Positions 28,607 to 36,790 of a stretch of DNA of 64,000 nt are shown one piece after another. The DNA is taken from contig JBAZJM010000004.1 in assembly GCA_041651315.1 (NCBI GenBank), positions 1,223-65,222 on the forward strand, given 5' to 3'. Every line of letters starts with the position of its first letter. Position 1 is the stretch's first letter. Position numbers and translations under genes: made by a program. Origin of the DNA: Lentisphaeria bacterium. Lineage in GTDB: Bacteria > Verrucomicrobiota > Lentisphaeria > Oligosphaerales > CAITYL01. Below the pieces are notes generated by a model. The model was not told the origin of the DNA and made no database searches. It saw only the letters and a program-made list of their open reading frames with translations.

Positions 28607-30415
28607 CTAATTCGGCTGCATCGCCGTGTCGTGCGGGCCGCCATCCGGGAGCGGATAGGCGGTGCCGCTCGGATAACCGAAATAAAACCGGGCGCGGGGG
28701 ATCCATTTCGCATGGCCGTCGCAATACACGGCATTGATGCCGTCCAGGAGCCCCCCAGGCTGCAAATGGGCCGAGTTATGGTTGGACATGCCTTCGCCTT
28801 CCCGAAACAACATGTCGGCGAACAGCGGCATGCCTGCGGTGACGTTGGCCGTCAATTGATAGTGCTGATTGGCGGGCACAAACGGCGGTGACCACCAATA
28901 ACCGGGATGCATCGCCACGGTATAGATGTAGCCGGCCTCGTAGTAGGGCTCGGCCATGGCCTGATCCTTGGTCAATATCCCGTAGACGTCATACCTGGCG
29001 CTCGGACAAAACAAGAACCGGTGCAAATTTTGCGTGTCGACGTAATGACTCAGGAACGAGGGGAACCCTTCATTCTGCCAGATGTACCCCCATTTCATGA
29101 TGGCCAAGTCGCCCGGGGTGTTGATCCACGGCCCGGGGAATTGATCCGCGTAATCACTTGCGTACAACTGCGCCAGCACGCCCAGACTCCGCAGGTTGCC
29201 CACACAGACGATGCGCTTGCCCCGTTCCCGCGCGTTGCCCAGCGTCGGCAATAACAACCCCGCCAGCAAGGCAATGATAGCGATAACCACCAGCAATTCG
29301 ACGAGCGTGAACCGCGTCGCCTTGGCTCGGGTTTTTCGGGGGGCAATGGTGGTGCCGTCTACATATGTGGGGGGAAAGACGACGTTGTGAGGCGTCTCCC
29401 CTTTCATCATGTCCAGGCACAGGGTGGCGGCGGCGCGGCCCATTTCTCGCAGCGGATAGGTGAAGGTGGCCAGCCGGTCGGAACCGACCCACATTTCCCG
29501 GATGCTGTCGCAACCGATGACCGACAGATCTTCGGGAACTCTGATCCGGTGTTTCGCGCAGGCCTCCAGCAGGCCCCAGGCCTGGTAATCGTTATAAGGC
29601 ACGATGGCCGTCGGCGCATCGGGATGGTGCAGGATGACGTCGGCGTCGGCCAGGACGGCGTCATGGAACTGACGGTCGCCCTCCTTGAGTGGAGCGTGGG
29701 CGTAGACTCGCGGCTCCAGGCCGGCTTCGCGCATGGCCCGCTCATACCCCTCGCAACGTTGTTTGGCGTCGATGTGGAACCCTTTGATACGGTCATCGTC
29801 ATAACCCGTGAAGGTCAGATGGAGAATACGGCGGTGGCCGATCTCCAGTAGGCGGCGGGTGGCCAAATAACCGATCGCTTCGTGGTCCCGGACTACCGCC
29901 GGTATACCGGGAACGAGGGAGTTGAACAGTTGCACTACCGGCAGGCCGTCGGCGCGCAACGCCTGCAAGCGGGCGAAGTTGTTGGCGCCGTCCCGATCCA
30001 GGGCGGGCATGACGATCAGGCCGTCCACCCGACGGTCCTGGCTGAACTTCAGGTGCCGCCGCTCGTCCGCCGCCGAATTGCCGTGGGCATAGGTGATGAC
30101 GGAATAGTCGTGATCCAGGCAGATGTCCTGAATGCCGCGCAGCAGCGGCATGGAGAAGTCTTCGAAGGTCTCCCGCATCAGCAGCCCCAGCAGGAAGGAG
30201 CAGTTGTTGGTGAAGCTGCGGGCGAGGATGTCCGGCTTGTAATGGAGCCTGGCGGCCACGGCCAGGATTTTCTGCCGTGCCTCCTCGCTGACGCCGATGG
30301 TGGTGGCGGCGGCATCGCTCTTGCGGAACGCCGCCCATACCGCCGAGGAAGACACGCCCGCCTGCCGCGCCACTTCGCGCATGCTGGACGACCTCGGCTT
30401 GGCGGGAGTGGTCAT
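28607..30415 (-). CDS. In-frame fusion of a LacI-family regulator (HTH plus periplasmic-binding-fold ligand domain) to a prepilin-type N-terminal methylation motif and a DUF1559-like pseudopilin domain
   Basis: HTH MREVARQAGVSSSAVWAAFRK...ARLHYKPDILARSF, a LacI-type sugar-binding fold to about residue 395, the basic linker PRKTRAKATR, then [22 protein letters not shown] and the C-terminal NAVYCDGHAKWIP. The frame is continuous, with no in-frame ATG, GTG or TTG in the linker. The start is taken at ATG 30415. Confidence 0.75.
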   Translation of the reverse strand: MTTPAKPRSSSMREVARQAGVSSSAVWAAFRKSDAAATTIGVSEEARQKILAVAARLHYKPDILARSFTNNCSFLLGLLMRETFEDFSMPLLRGIQDICLDHDYSVITYAHGNSAADERRHLKFSQDRRVDGLIVMPALDRDGANNFARLQALRADGLPVVQLFNSLVPGIPAVVRDHEAIGYLATRRLLEIGHRRILHLTFTGYDDDRIKGFHIDAKQRCEGYERAMREAGLEPRVYAHAPLKEGDRQFHDAVLADADVILHHPDAPTAIVPYNDYQAWGLLEACAKHRIRVPEDLSVIGCDSIREMWVGSDRLATFTYPLREMGRAAATLCLDMMKGETPHNVVFPPTYVDGTTIAPRKTRAKATRFTLVELLVVIAIIALLAGLLLPTLGNARERGKRIVCVGNLRSLGVLAQLYASDYADQFPGPWINTPGDLAIMKWGYIWQNEGFPSFLSHYVDTQNLHRFLFCPSARYDVYGILTKDQAMAEPYYEAGYIYTVAMHPGYWWSPPFVPANQHYQLTANVTAGMPLFADMLFREGEGMSNHNSAHLQPGGLLDGINAVYCDGHAKWIPRARFYFGYPSGTAYPLPDGGPHDTAMQPN

Positions 30416-30436
30416 TTTTTTCTGATTTATTTTCGA

Positions 30437-30452
30437 TATAAACATGTTTATA
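30437..30452 (-). promoter_or_regulatory. Perfect 16-bp palindrome TATAAACATGTTTATA, a candidate LacI-type operator
   Basis: It lies 22 nt upstream of the fusion-gene start codon, in a locally AT-rich stretch, just downstream of a -10-like hexamer. Confidence 0.55.
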
Positions 30453-30457
30453 ATGAC

Positions 30458-30485
30458 AATATACACATGTCTATGTTTTATGCAA
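30458..30485 (-). promoter_or_regulatory. Sigma70-like promoter TTGCAT-N16-TATATT for the LacI-pseudopilin fusion gene
   Basis: On the minus strand, TTGCAT is at 30485-30480, followed by a 16-nt spacer and TATATT at 30463-30458. Confidence 0.5.
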
Positions 30486-30581
30486 ATGCCGCCAGCCGGG
30501 TGGGGGTGACAAGAATGTTGGTTGGGACCACCCTTTTGAGGAAAAGCGGTTCCCACCCCCTCCATCAAACCTTTTTGTGCC

Positions 30582-30950
30582 TTAACGCGGAGGGGCGCTT
30601 TCGCCACAAACGTTCTTCTGCTTCCTCATGATCGCGACCAAGACGTAGACGCAAATGGCAATCCAAAGCTGTGCCTGAACGGCGTTCATCGAATTTCCGT
30701 AGAACGCCTTGATGCGCAGATTTTACTTGATCCACCGGAAGAACAACTCCACCTGCCAGCGGTACTTGTAGAGCCGGGCGATGCTGAGCGCATCGGCGTC
30801 GCGAAGGTTCGTGAGGAACACCAGATCCAGTTCGGACACCGGATCGAAGAACTGCACTTTGCGGATCGATTCGGGATACGATTTCCTCGGGTAAAATCCG
30901 CGCAACCGTCCAATCTGGTCGGATCGCCCCCTCTCATCGGGATTGGGATG
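30582..30950 (-). pseudogene. IS4-family (DDE_Tnp_1) transposase remnant covering the C-terminal third only, with an in-frame TAA
   Basis: RSDQIGRLRGFYPRKSYPESIRKVQFFDPVSELDLVFLTNLRDADALSIARLYKYRWQVELFFRWIK-stop-NLRIKAFYGNSMNAVQAQLWIAICVYVLVAI matches the conserved IS4 C-terminus. TAA at 30723-30725 replaces the usual Gln (WIKQ). The N-terminal two-thirds of the protein is absent. Confidence 0.75.
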
Positions 30951-31083
30951 GGGCGTTTGGCGGCCCGGCGACTTGCAACTGGGTTTAACTGGGTTAAACT
31001 ATGCGAAAGATGGCTTTGATGGGTTATGAAAGGTCGCCCAAAACTTCCCGATCATGACAATCACCACGAAAACATCCCGCGTG
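30941..31083 (+). repeat. Copy A of an approximately 140-bp duplicated promoter/operator/5'-CDS module
   Basis: It aligns with 39766-39908. Shared sequence: gccggcgacttgcaactgggtttaactgggttaaactatgc, and later catg(a/g)caatcacca(c/a)gaaaa(c/g)atcccgcgt. Confidence 0.85.
30973..31000 (+). promoter_or_regulatory. Sigma70-like promoter TTGCAA-N16-TAAACT overlapping the inverted repeat GTTTAAC-tgg-GTTAAAC (30983-30999)
   Basis: Read directly. It lies 54 nt upstream of ATG 31054. Confidence 0.5.
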
Positions 31084-32280
31084 TTGTGCATCAAGGGGGT
31101 TCACCCGCAGCACGAACAGGTCCGGAAAACTCTCAAGGAACACCTTGCCACCCTTGAGATCGGTGACCGTTTGGCTTCGGACCGCCAGTTGTCGGCGATG
31201 TTCAACGTGGATCGGACAACGATCCGGCGGGCCATGTCGGACTTGGCGCAAGAGGGGTATGTGCAGCGCCGGCAGGGATGTGGCACCGTCGTTGCGATGA
31301 CCGTCCACTTGGGTGCCCCGTCCGTGTCATCCAAGCTGATCGGGATGACGGTTCCCGACGTCGAAATCCCCTCCTTTGCCTGCTTGCTCAAGGGCGTGGA
31401 CGAGGAAGCGCAGGCGCACGGGTACAGCGTCCTGGTCCGCAATAGCAACCAGGACACCCGGCGCGAGCGGAACATCTTGGAGGAACTCCGCCATCAAAAG
31501 CTGGCAGGCATCATCGTCAACCCATTCCATGAGGATGCGTTTGACCGCGACTATCACCGCCTGTTGAATGAGATCCATCAGGGCGGCACGCGGATCGTCA
31601 TGGTGGACCAATATCTTCCCGGTTTGGAAGAACTGCCCACCGTTTACACCGACAAGGTACAGATTGGCTACCGGGCCACCGAGCATCTGATCATGCTCGG
31701 GCACCGGCGGATCTGCTACCTGACTACCGGCCATTACGACACCACGGGACAAGGCTGCCTTAAGGGGCATCGGCTGGCCCTGAATGAGTACGGCATCGAC
31801 TATGATCCGGCGCTGACGGCGGAAATCCCCAACCCGAATTGCGCGGAGCCCGCTCATGACTTCGTGCTGCGGCTGCTGCGGGCCAATCCCAATGCCTTCA
31901 CGGCCGTTGCCACCCAGCAGTTCTCCATGACTTATGGCATCCTCAATGCCCTGCAGGAGTTGTCGTTGCGCGTTCCAGAGGAGATAGCTGTGGTGGGCGG
32001 TGACGCCTTTGAGAACCCGCGGTTGTCTCATGTCACCCACACTCTGCAACCATTTCAGGAGATGGGGCGCGCCGCGGTCCGACTGGTACTGGGACGCAAC
32101 GGTACCGGCGGCGAAGCCGCCAAGCGGCACGTCCTGCTGCAACCCAGGCTCGTCATTGGCGACACCTGCGGCATGCGGCCGGCCCGGCGTCCTGCAACAT
32201 CGGATGATAGCGCATTGCCCGTGGCTGGCCGGCCCGCGGAAACCGCGGCCGAAAATCGCCCCCCCGGAAAAAAACGATGA
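31054..32280 (+). CDS. Hybrid regulator with a GntR-type winged HTH and a LacI-type (periplasmic-binding-fold) ligand domain
   Basis: RLASDRQLSAMFNVDRTTIRRAMSDLAQEGYVQRRQGCGTVV (GntR HTH), then LIGMTVPDVEIPSFACLLKGVDEEAQAHGYSVLV...KLAGIIV (PBP1 fold). Confidence 0.8.
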   Translation: MTITTKTSRVLCIKGVHPQHEQVRKTLKEHLATLEIGDRLASDRQLSAMFNVDRTTIRRAMSDLAQEGYVQRRQGCGTVVAMTVHLGAPSVSSKLIGMTVPDVEIPSFACLLKGVDEEAQAHGYSVLVRNSNQDTRRERNILEELRHQKLAGIIVNPFHEDAFDRDYHRLLNEIHQGGTRIVMVDQYLPGLEELPTVYTDKVQIGYRATEHLIMLGHRRICYLTTGHYDTTGQGCLKGHRLALNEYGIDYDPALTAEIPNPNCAEPAHDFVLRLLRANPNAFTAVATQQFSMTYGILNALQELSLRVPEEIAVVGGDAFENPRLSHVTHTLQPFQEMGRAAVRLVLGRNGTGGEAAKRHVLLQPRLVIGDTCGMRPARRPATSDDSALPVAGRPAETAAENRPPGKKR

Positions 32281-32301
32281 CGGGACCGGAAAGGTGAACC
32301 C

Positions 32302-32955
32302 ATGCGCCACAAGACAACGCGAGGCTTCACGTTAATCGAACTGTTGGTGGTCATCGCCATCATTGCCATCCTGGCGTCCATGGTATTGCCGGCGTTGCAA
32401 GGGGCCAAGGACAAGGCCAAGGCCATCAAGTGCGTCAGCAACCTCCGGCAGGTGGGCGTGGCCTTCTCCCTGTATAGCGGTGATTATAATGACTGGATAC
32501 TGGTCAATGACCAATACGGGAGCGGCATCTGGGTGCGCGCTTTGTTCAATCATGGCTACATCGCCCAACGGGACATCCTGGTCTGCCCCGGATTCACGCC
32601 TTGTACGTTTGCCCGGCCGATTGATGAATACAGTTACTGGAACACCTATGGGATAAAATTGGCCATTTATTACTCGGGGGCTCCGGCCGGGGATGGCTAT
32701 CAGCACGTATTCTTGCGGGCATCCAGGCTCAATGACGCCTTCTTGGGCGACACCGTGGGCACCAATCGCCACCAGCAGATTGCCTATTTTGTGACAACGT
32801 ACTTTCCTGAAGGCGGTGTCCATGCCAGGCATTCAGAACGGGCGAACATGTTGTTTCCTGACGGACATGTGGCGTCATTGTCCGGCGCGGAATTGCTGAG
32901 CGATGCAAAAACCGGTTATGTGAATGCGCAGGGCATGGACATCCCTTTGCCCTAG
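32302..32955 (+). CDS. Pseudopilin-like protein with a prepilin N-terminal cleavage/methylation motif and the H-X9-DG motif (DUF1559-like)
   Basis: MRHKTTRG|[24 protein letters not shown] has Gly(-1) and Glu(+5). The C-terminal [14 protein letters not shown] is H-X9-DG. Confidence 0.8.
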   Translation: MRHKTTRGFTLIELLVVIAIIAILASMVLPALQGAKDKAKAIKCVSNLRQVGVAFSLYSGDYNDWILVNDQYGSGIWVRALFNHGYIAQRDILVCPGFTPCTFARPIDEYSYWNTYGIKLAIYYSGAPAGDGYQHVFLRASRLNDAFLGDTVGTNRHQQIAYFVTTYFPEGGVHARHSERANMLFPDGHVASLSGAELLSDAKTGYVNAQGMDIPLP

Positions 32956-32979
32956 ATGCTTGAAACCTGGAGATAACCG

Positions 32980-35220
32980 ATGAAACGAACGAGTGCGTTG
33001 TTTGGGCTGGCCATGAGCTTGGTGATGCCGCTTTGGGCCGGCGATGATGCGGTTGCCGGAAAAGCGCCAGGAGGGACCATGCGCTTCACTGCCTCTCCCT
33101 GCGATTGGGTGTATGCGCCGGGGGAGCCGGTCCTCGTCACGCTGGCCAGGGACGATGTCTCACGGCCGGCCGAACTGCGGGTGTCGGCCGTCGATTTTTG
33201 GGGGCAGGCCGCCTGCTCGCGAAAAGAGGTCTGGGAAAAGGGCGCGGCCGTGAAAAAGGTCAGCCTGGACTTCGACCGCCTTGGTTATTTCGTGGTCACG
33301 GCGTCTCTGGCCGTCACCGGTGGAAAACCGGATCCGTTTGTGGTGTCACAACCACTGGTTGTCATTCCACCCGCCCCGCCGATACCCAACGACCGGAATC
33401 CGTTCGGCGCCAATTTCCATCTTACCTGGTTCTCCGACGCTGCCGCGGAAAAGGAGCTCCGCCTGGCCCGACGCATCGGTTTTGGCTGGGGACGAGGGCT
33501 GCTTTTTGACTGGGTGCAGTTCGCGGCTCCCCCCAACCTGAACGATCCCAAGTTCTGCGCCCAATGGGATAGATTCATTGCCCTGATTGAAAAATCCGGC
33601 ATCGCTTGCCTGGGAGCCGTTTATTATGTTCCTAAGTGGGCTTCCGGCGCACCGGACAGCAGTGAATTCGGGGTCTGGTCCAGAACCATGCCAGACGACC
33701 TGACGCCCTTGACAAATTACTGCGAAGCCATGGCCAAGCGGTTCCCGTCCGTCCGCTATTGGGAAGTGGGCAACGAATCTGACGCCGTGCTTTTTTGGCA
33801 TGGGCGGAAGAACAGTTATGCGTCCGCTGATGACCAAAAGATCATCGAAGATTACGTTGATTTCCTTGCGGCGGCCGCCAAGGGATTCCGCCGGGGAAAC
33901 CCGGCGGCCCGCATTTTGTTCTCGGGCATTACTGACGCACGGGAGGATGGCGCCGACTATCGGCCCTTTGTCAAGCATGCGTTCAGCCGCGGAGCGGGAC
34001 GCTATGCCGATGTCATGAACGTCCATTATGTGAAGGACATTCCCGCTGTACGCCGGCTGCTGAAGGCGACGGGCGACGATTCAAAGCCCGTATGGGTTAC
34101 GGAGATTGGCGGCTGGACCACCGGCGAGGATGGCGACCCCCGCCCCCAGATCATCCGCGATATCACCCAGTCGGTCATCCAACTGTCGTCCGGTGCGGAA
34201 CGGGTTTTTAAGTTCGGCATCCGCAATGACGTCATTGATCCCGCGGGCTTTGACTACAAGTTCGGGCTGGTGCGGAACGATTTCGTCCCACAACCAGCCT
34301 ACGTCGCCTATGCCACCCTGATCCGGCTCATGGCGGACGCGACGTTCAAGAAGGAGTTGAACGTCACCGCGCAAGCCTCGCCCGGCTGGCTTCGGGGTTA
34401 TGAATACTCCTCCCCCCAAGCCGCGTTCTTAAATTGCCTCTGGCTGAATGAGGCGTCCAAGGCGGCGGTCGTTTTGCAGACAGCCGCTCCAACACTCACC
34501 CTGATCGACGTCATGGGAAACGCTCGCGAACTCAAGGCCCATGACGGGATCGTCCGTTTTGAGGCGGACGCCTTGCCGTTCTTCATCGTCGGACCGATTT
34601 CCGACCGTCAAGGGGAGATCAAGTATCCAGCGGATGAGTTTGTCCGAACCATTCCCATCCCGTTGGCCAATCCCGGTTTTGAAGCGGAACCGGCGGGCGG
34701 TTTTCCATTCCCTGGATGGATCTCCACCTTTGCCCCCAATTGCACGCTCAGCAGGAACCTGGCGCCGCCCTCCGTCCATGGCGGAAAGGCCTCTGCCGCC
34801 ATACACGTGCCGGCGCCAGTCAAAATTGCGGGGAAGACAACGCCATGGCCCCCCTGGCCGGACATTCACCAGCGCCTGGACTGGGCCTCACTCCGTCCGC
34901 AATTAACTGCCAATGAATATTTAAAAGTTCGCCTCGAAGCCTGGGTGAAATGTACAGGGGTCACCGGTCCCGGGGTTTGTGTTGGCTGTTTCTTAACCGA
35001 CAAGAACGGGGCACGAGTCCGAAGATGGGTGGAGACGGCACCACGTCCCTGGGGAAATGCGTCCGGCTGGGAGCGTCTTGAATTGGCCGGGACCATCCCC
35101 GTTCCAGACGAAAACGGGAAGCTGAGTGTCGAGCTGCATATGGCTCCCGGCACGTGCGGGACGGTTGAGTGGGATGACTTGTCCCTGTCGATTGAGGTAT
35201 GGCGAAAGCAGATTAAATGA
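32980..35220 (+). CDS. Secreted clan GH-A glycoside hydrolase (family unassigned) with a C-terminal beta-sandwich/CBM-like region
   Basis: Signal peptide MKRTSALFGLAMSLVMPLWA, the acid/base-like YWEVGNESD and the nucleophile-like VWVTEIGGW. Confidence 0.6.
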   Translation: MKRTSALFGLAMSLVMPLWAGDDAVAGKAPGGTMRFTASPCDWVYAPGEPVLVTLARDDVSRPAELRVSAVDFWGQAACSRKEVWEKGAAVKKVSLDFDRLGYFVVTASLAVTGGKPDPFVVSQPLVVIPPAPPIPNDRNPFGANFHLTWFSDAAAEKELRLARRIGFGWGRGLLFDWVQFAAPPNLNDPKFCAQWDRFIALIEKSGIACLGAVYYVPKWASGAPDSSEFGVWSRTMPDDLTPLTNYCEAMAKRFPSVRYWEVGNESDAVLFWHGRKNSYASADDQKIIEDYVDFLAAAAKGFRRGNPAARILFSGITDAREDGADYRPFVKHAFSRGAGRYADVMNVHYVKDIPAVRRLLKATGDDSKPVWVTEIGGWTTGEDGDPRPQIIRDITQSVIQLSSGAERVFKFGIRNDVIDPAGFDYKFGLVRNDFVPQPAYVAYATLIRLMADATFKKELNVTAQASPGWLRGYEYSSPQAAFLNCLWLNEASKAAVVLQTAAPTLTLIDVMGNARELKAHDGIVRFEADALPFFIVGPISDRQGEIKYPADEFVRTIPIPLANPGFEAEPAGGFPFPGWISTFAPNCTLSRNLAPPSVHGGKASAAIHVPAPVKIAGKTTPWPPWPDIHQRLDWASLRPQLTANEYLKVRLEAWVKCTGVTGPGVCVGCFLTDKNGARVRRWVETAPRPWGNASGWERLELAGTIPVPDENGKLSVELHMAPGTCGTVEWDDLSLSIEVWRKQIK

Positions 35221-35296
35221 CCGGCTTCGTGATGGTGTGGGTTAAACGGGCTAACCGTGTTGATGGGGAAAACCAAGAGGTCAAGGAGTTGTTGTC

Positions 35297-36790
35297 ATGC
35301 CCTTCCGCATTTATGAAGTGCCTTCCGCAGAGAAATGCAACGAGGAATGGCAATTTCTACTGGAGGGCCGGCCAGTCCCGCTTCGCGAGGCGCGGGTCTC
35401 CGCGGTGCCGTTCAACCGGCGCTGGCCGGGGCACCAACGCGGCCTTGAGCAGACCGAGCTTGTCCCCTTTGCCGCTTTTGAACTGGATGGACCGGTGCAG
35501 GTTACGGTAAAACCGCCGGGAACGTTTCAACACGCTATCGTGCGCCCTCTCTCAAAAGGGGTTGTCCCGCAAACCGACGGCCGTCATATTACCTTTGCGC
35601 TCCGGGAGGCCGGTGCCTACACGCTTGAGCTTGACGGACACCATCATGCCCTGCACATTTTTGCCGACCCTCCGAAAGATTATGGCATCACGTGCCGACA
35701 CGACAATACGCTCTATTTTGGCAAAGGCCTGCACGAGGCCGGGATGATCACGCTGAAAAGCGGGCAGACGGTCTTGATTGACGAAGGCGCGGTAGTCTAT
35801 GCCTGCATTCACGCGAAAAACGCCGACAATATAAAAATTTTGGGGAAAGGCATTCTCGACAACAGCAAAAATCAGGAGCAGATCCTTTTTGAACTAAAAA
35901 AAACGGGGGATGGCAGTGTGGATAGCGGCAACGCCAAGCGCATTCATACCGTGCAGCTTGAATATTGCAACAATATAGAAATCGACGGCATCACCATCCG
36001 GGACTCGCTGGTTTACAATATACGGCCGGTCTGTTGCAATGGTTTGTCAATCAATAATGTTAAACTCATTGGCAATTGGCGTTTCAATAGTGACGGGATC
36101 GATTTGCACAACTGTATTCACACCACCATCCGCAATTGTTTTTTGCGTACCTATGACGATGCCATTTGTGTCAAGGGCTTTGACTATCGGCATCGCGAAT
36201 CGGACCGGAATGGCGGGCGGAACGATTATTCGTCGATGGATGACGTCCTCATTGAGAAATGTGTCATCTGGTGCGATTGGGGGCGGGCGCTGGAGATCGG
36301 AGCCGAAACACGCGCCGAAGAGATAAAAAACATCACGTTCCGTGACTGTGATATCATTCGCAGCACGCATGTTGCCATGGACGTGCAAAATGTCGATTAC
36401 GCCGACGTGCATGACATCGTTTTTGAAAATATCCGGGTCGAGTATGACCCGGTCTGCCAGGCGCCCGCCATACAGGGAACCGACCAGGAGGCCTTCGTTG
36501 AGGATACCAACAGCAGATATCTGCCGGCCTTAATGAGTTCAAGCATCCTCAAACACCATGAGTATTCCGCGGGCGGCGCCCGCCGCGGCAAAAACCATGA
36601 TATCCTCTTTAAGGACATACAGGTTACGGCGACGCGGATGCCGCCGTCTTCTTTCGGCGGTTATGATGAAGCACACCAGACAGCGCGGGTAAAAATAGAA
36701 AATCTCCGCCTGAACGGAAAAAAGCTGACCACACTCACTGAAGCCATGATTGCCCTCCGGCCATTTGCCAACGACATCACGATTCAGTGA
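35297..36790 (+). CDS. Glycoside hydrolase family 28-like (polygalacturonase-type parallel beta-helix) with no signal peptide
   Basis: NSDGIDLHNCIHTTIRNCFLRTYDDAICVKG matches the GH28 catalytic Asp motifs. G+C is lower than in the flanks. Confidence 0.75.
   Translation: MPFRIYEVPSAEKCNEEWQFLLEGRPVPLREARVSAVPFNRRWPGHQRGLEQTELVPFAAFELDGPVQVTVKPPGTFQHAIVRPLSKGVVPQTDGRHITFALREAGAYTLELDGHHHALHIFADPPKDYGITCRHDNTLYFGKGLHEAGMITLKSGQTVLIDEGAVVYACIHAKNADNIKILGKGILDNSKNQEQILFELKKTGDGSVDSGNAKRIHTVQLEYCNNIEIDGITIRDSLVYNIRPVCCNGLSINNVKLIGNWRFNSDGIDLHNCIHTTIRNCFLRTYDDAICVKGFDYRHRESDRNGGRNDYSSMDDVLIEKCVIWCDWGRALEIGAETRAEEIKNITFRDCDIIRSTHVAMDVQNVDYADVHDIVFENIRVEYDPVCQAPAIQGTDQEAFVEDTNSRYLPALMSSSILKHHEYSAGGARRGKNHDILFKDIQVTATRMPPSSFGGYDEAHQTARVKIENLRLNGKKLTTLTEAMIALRPFANDITIQ

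Noticed and set aside
30686-30937. An 83-aa ORF overlapping the IS remnant in another frame
   Set aside because: The frame giving …YKYRWQVELFFRWIK has the recognisable IS4 transposase similarity. This alternative frame has none.
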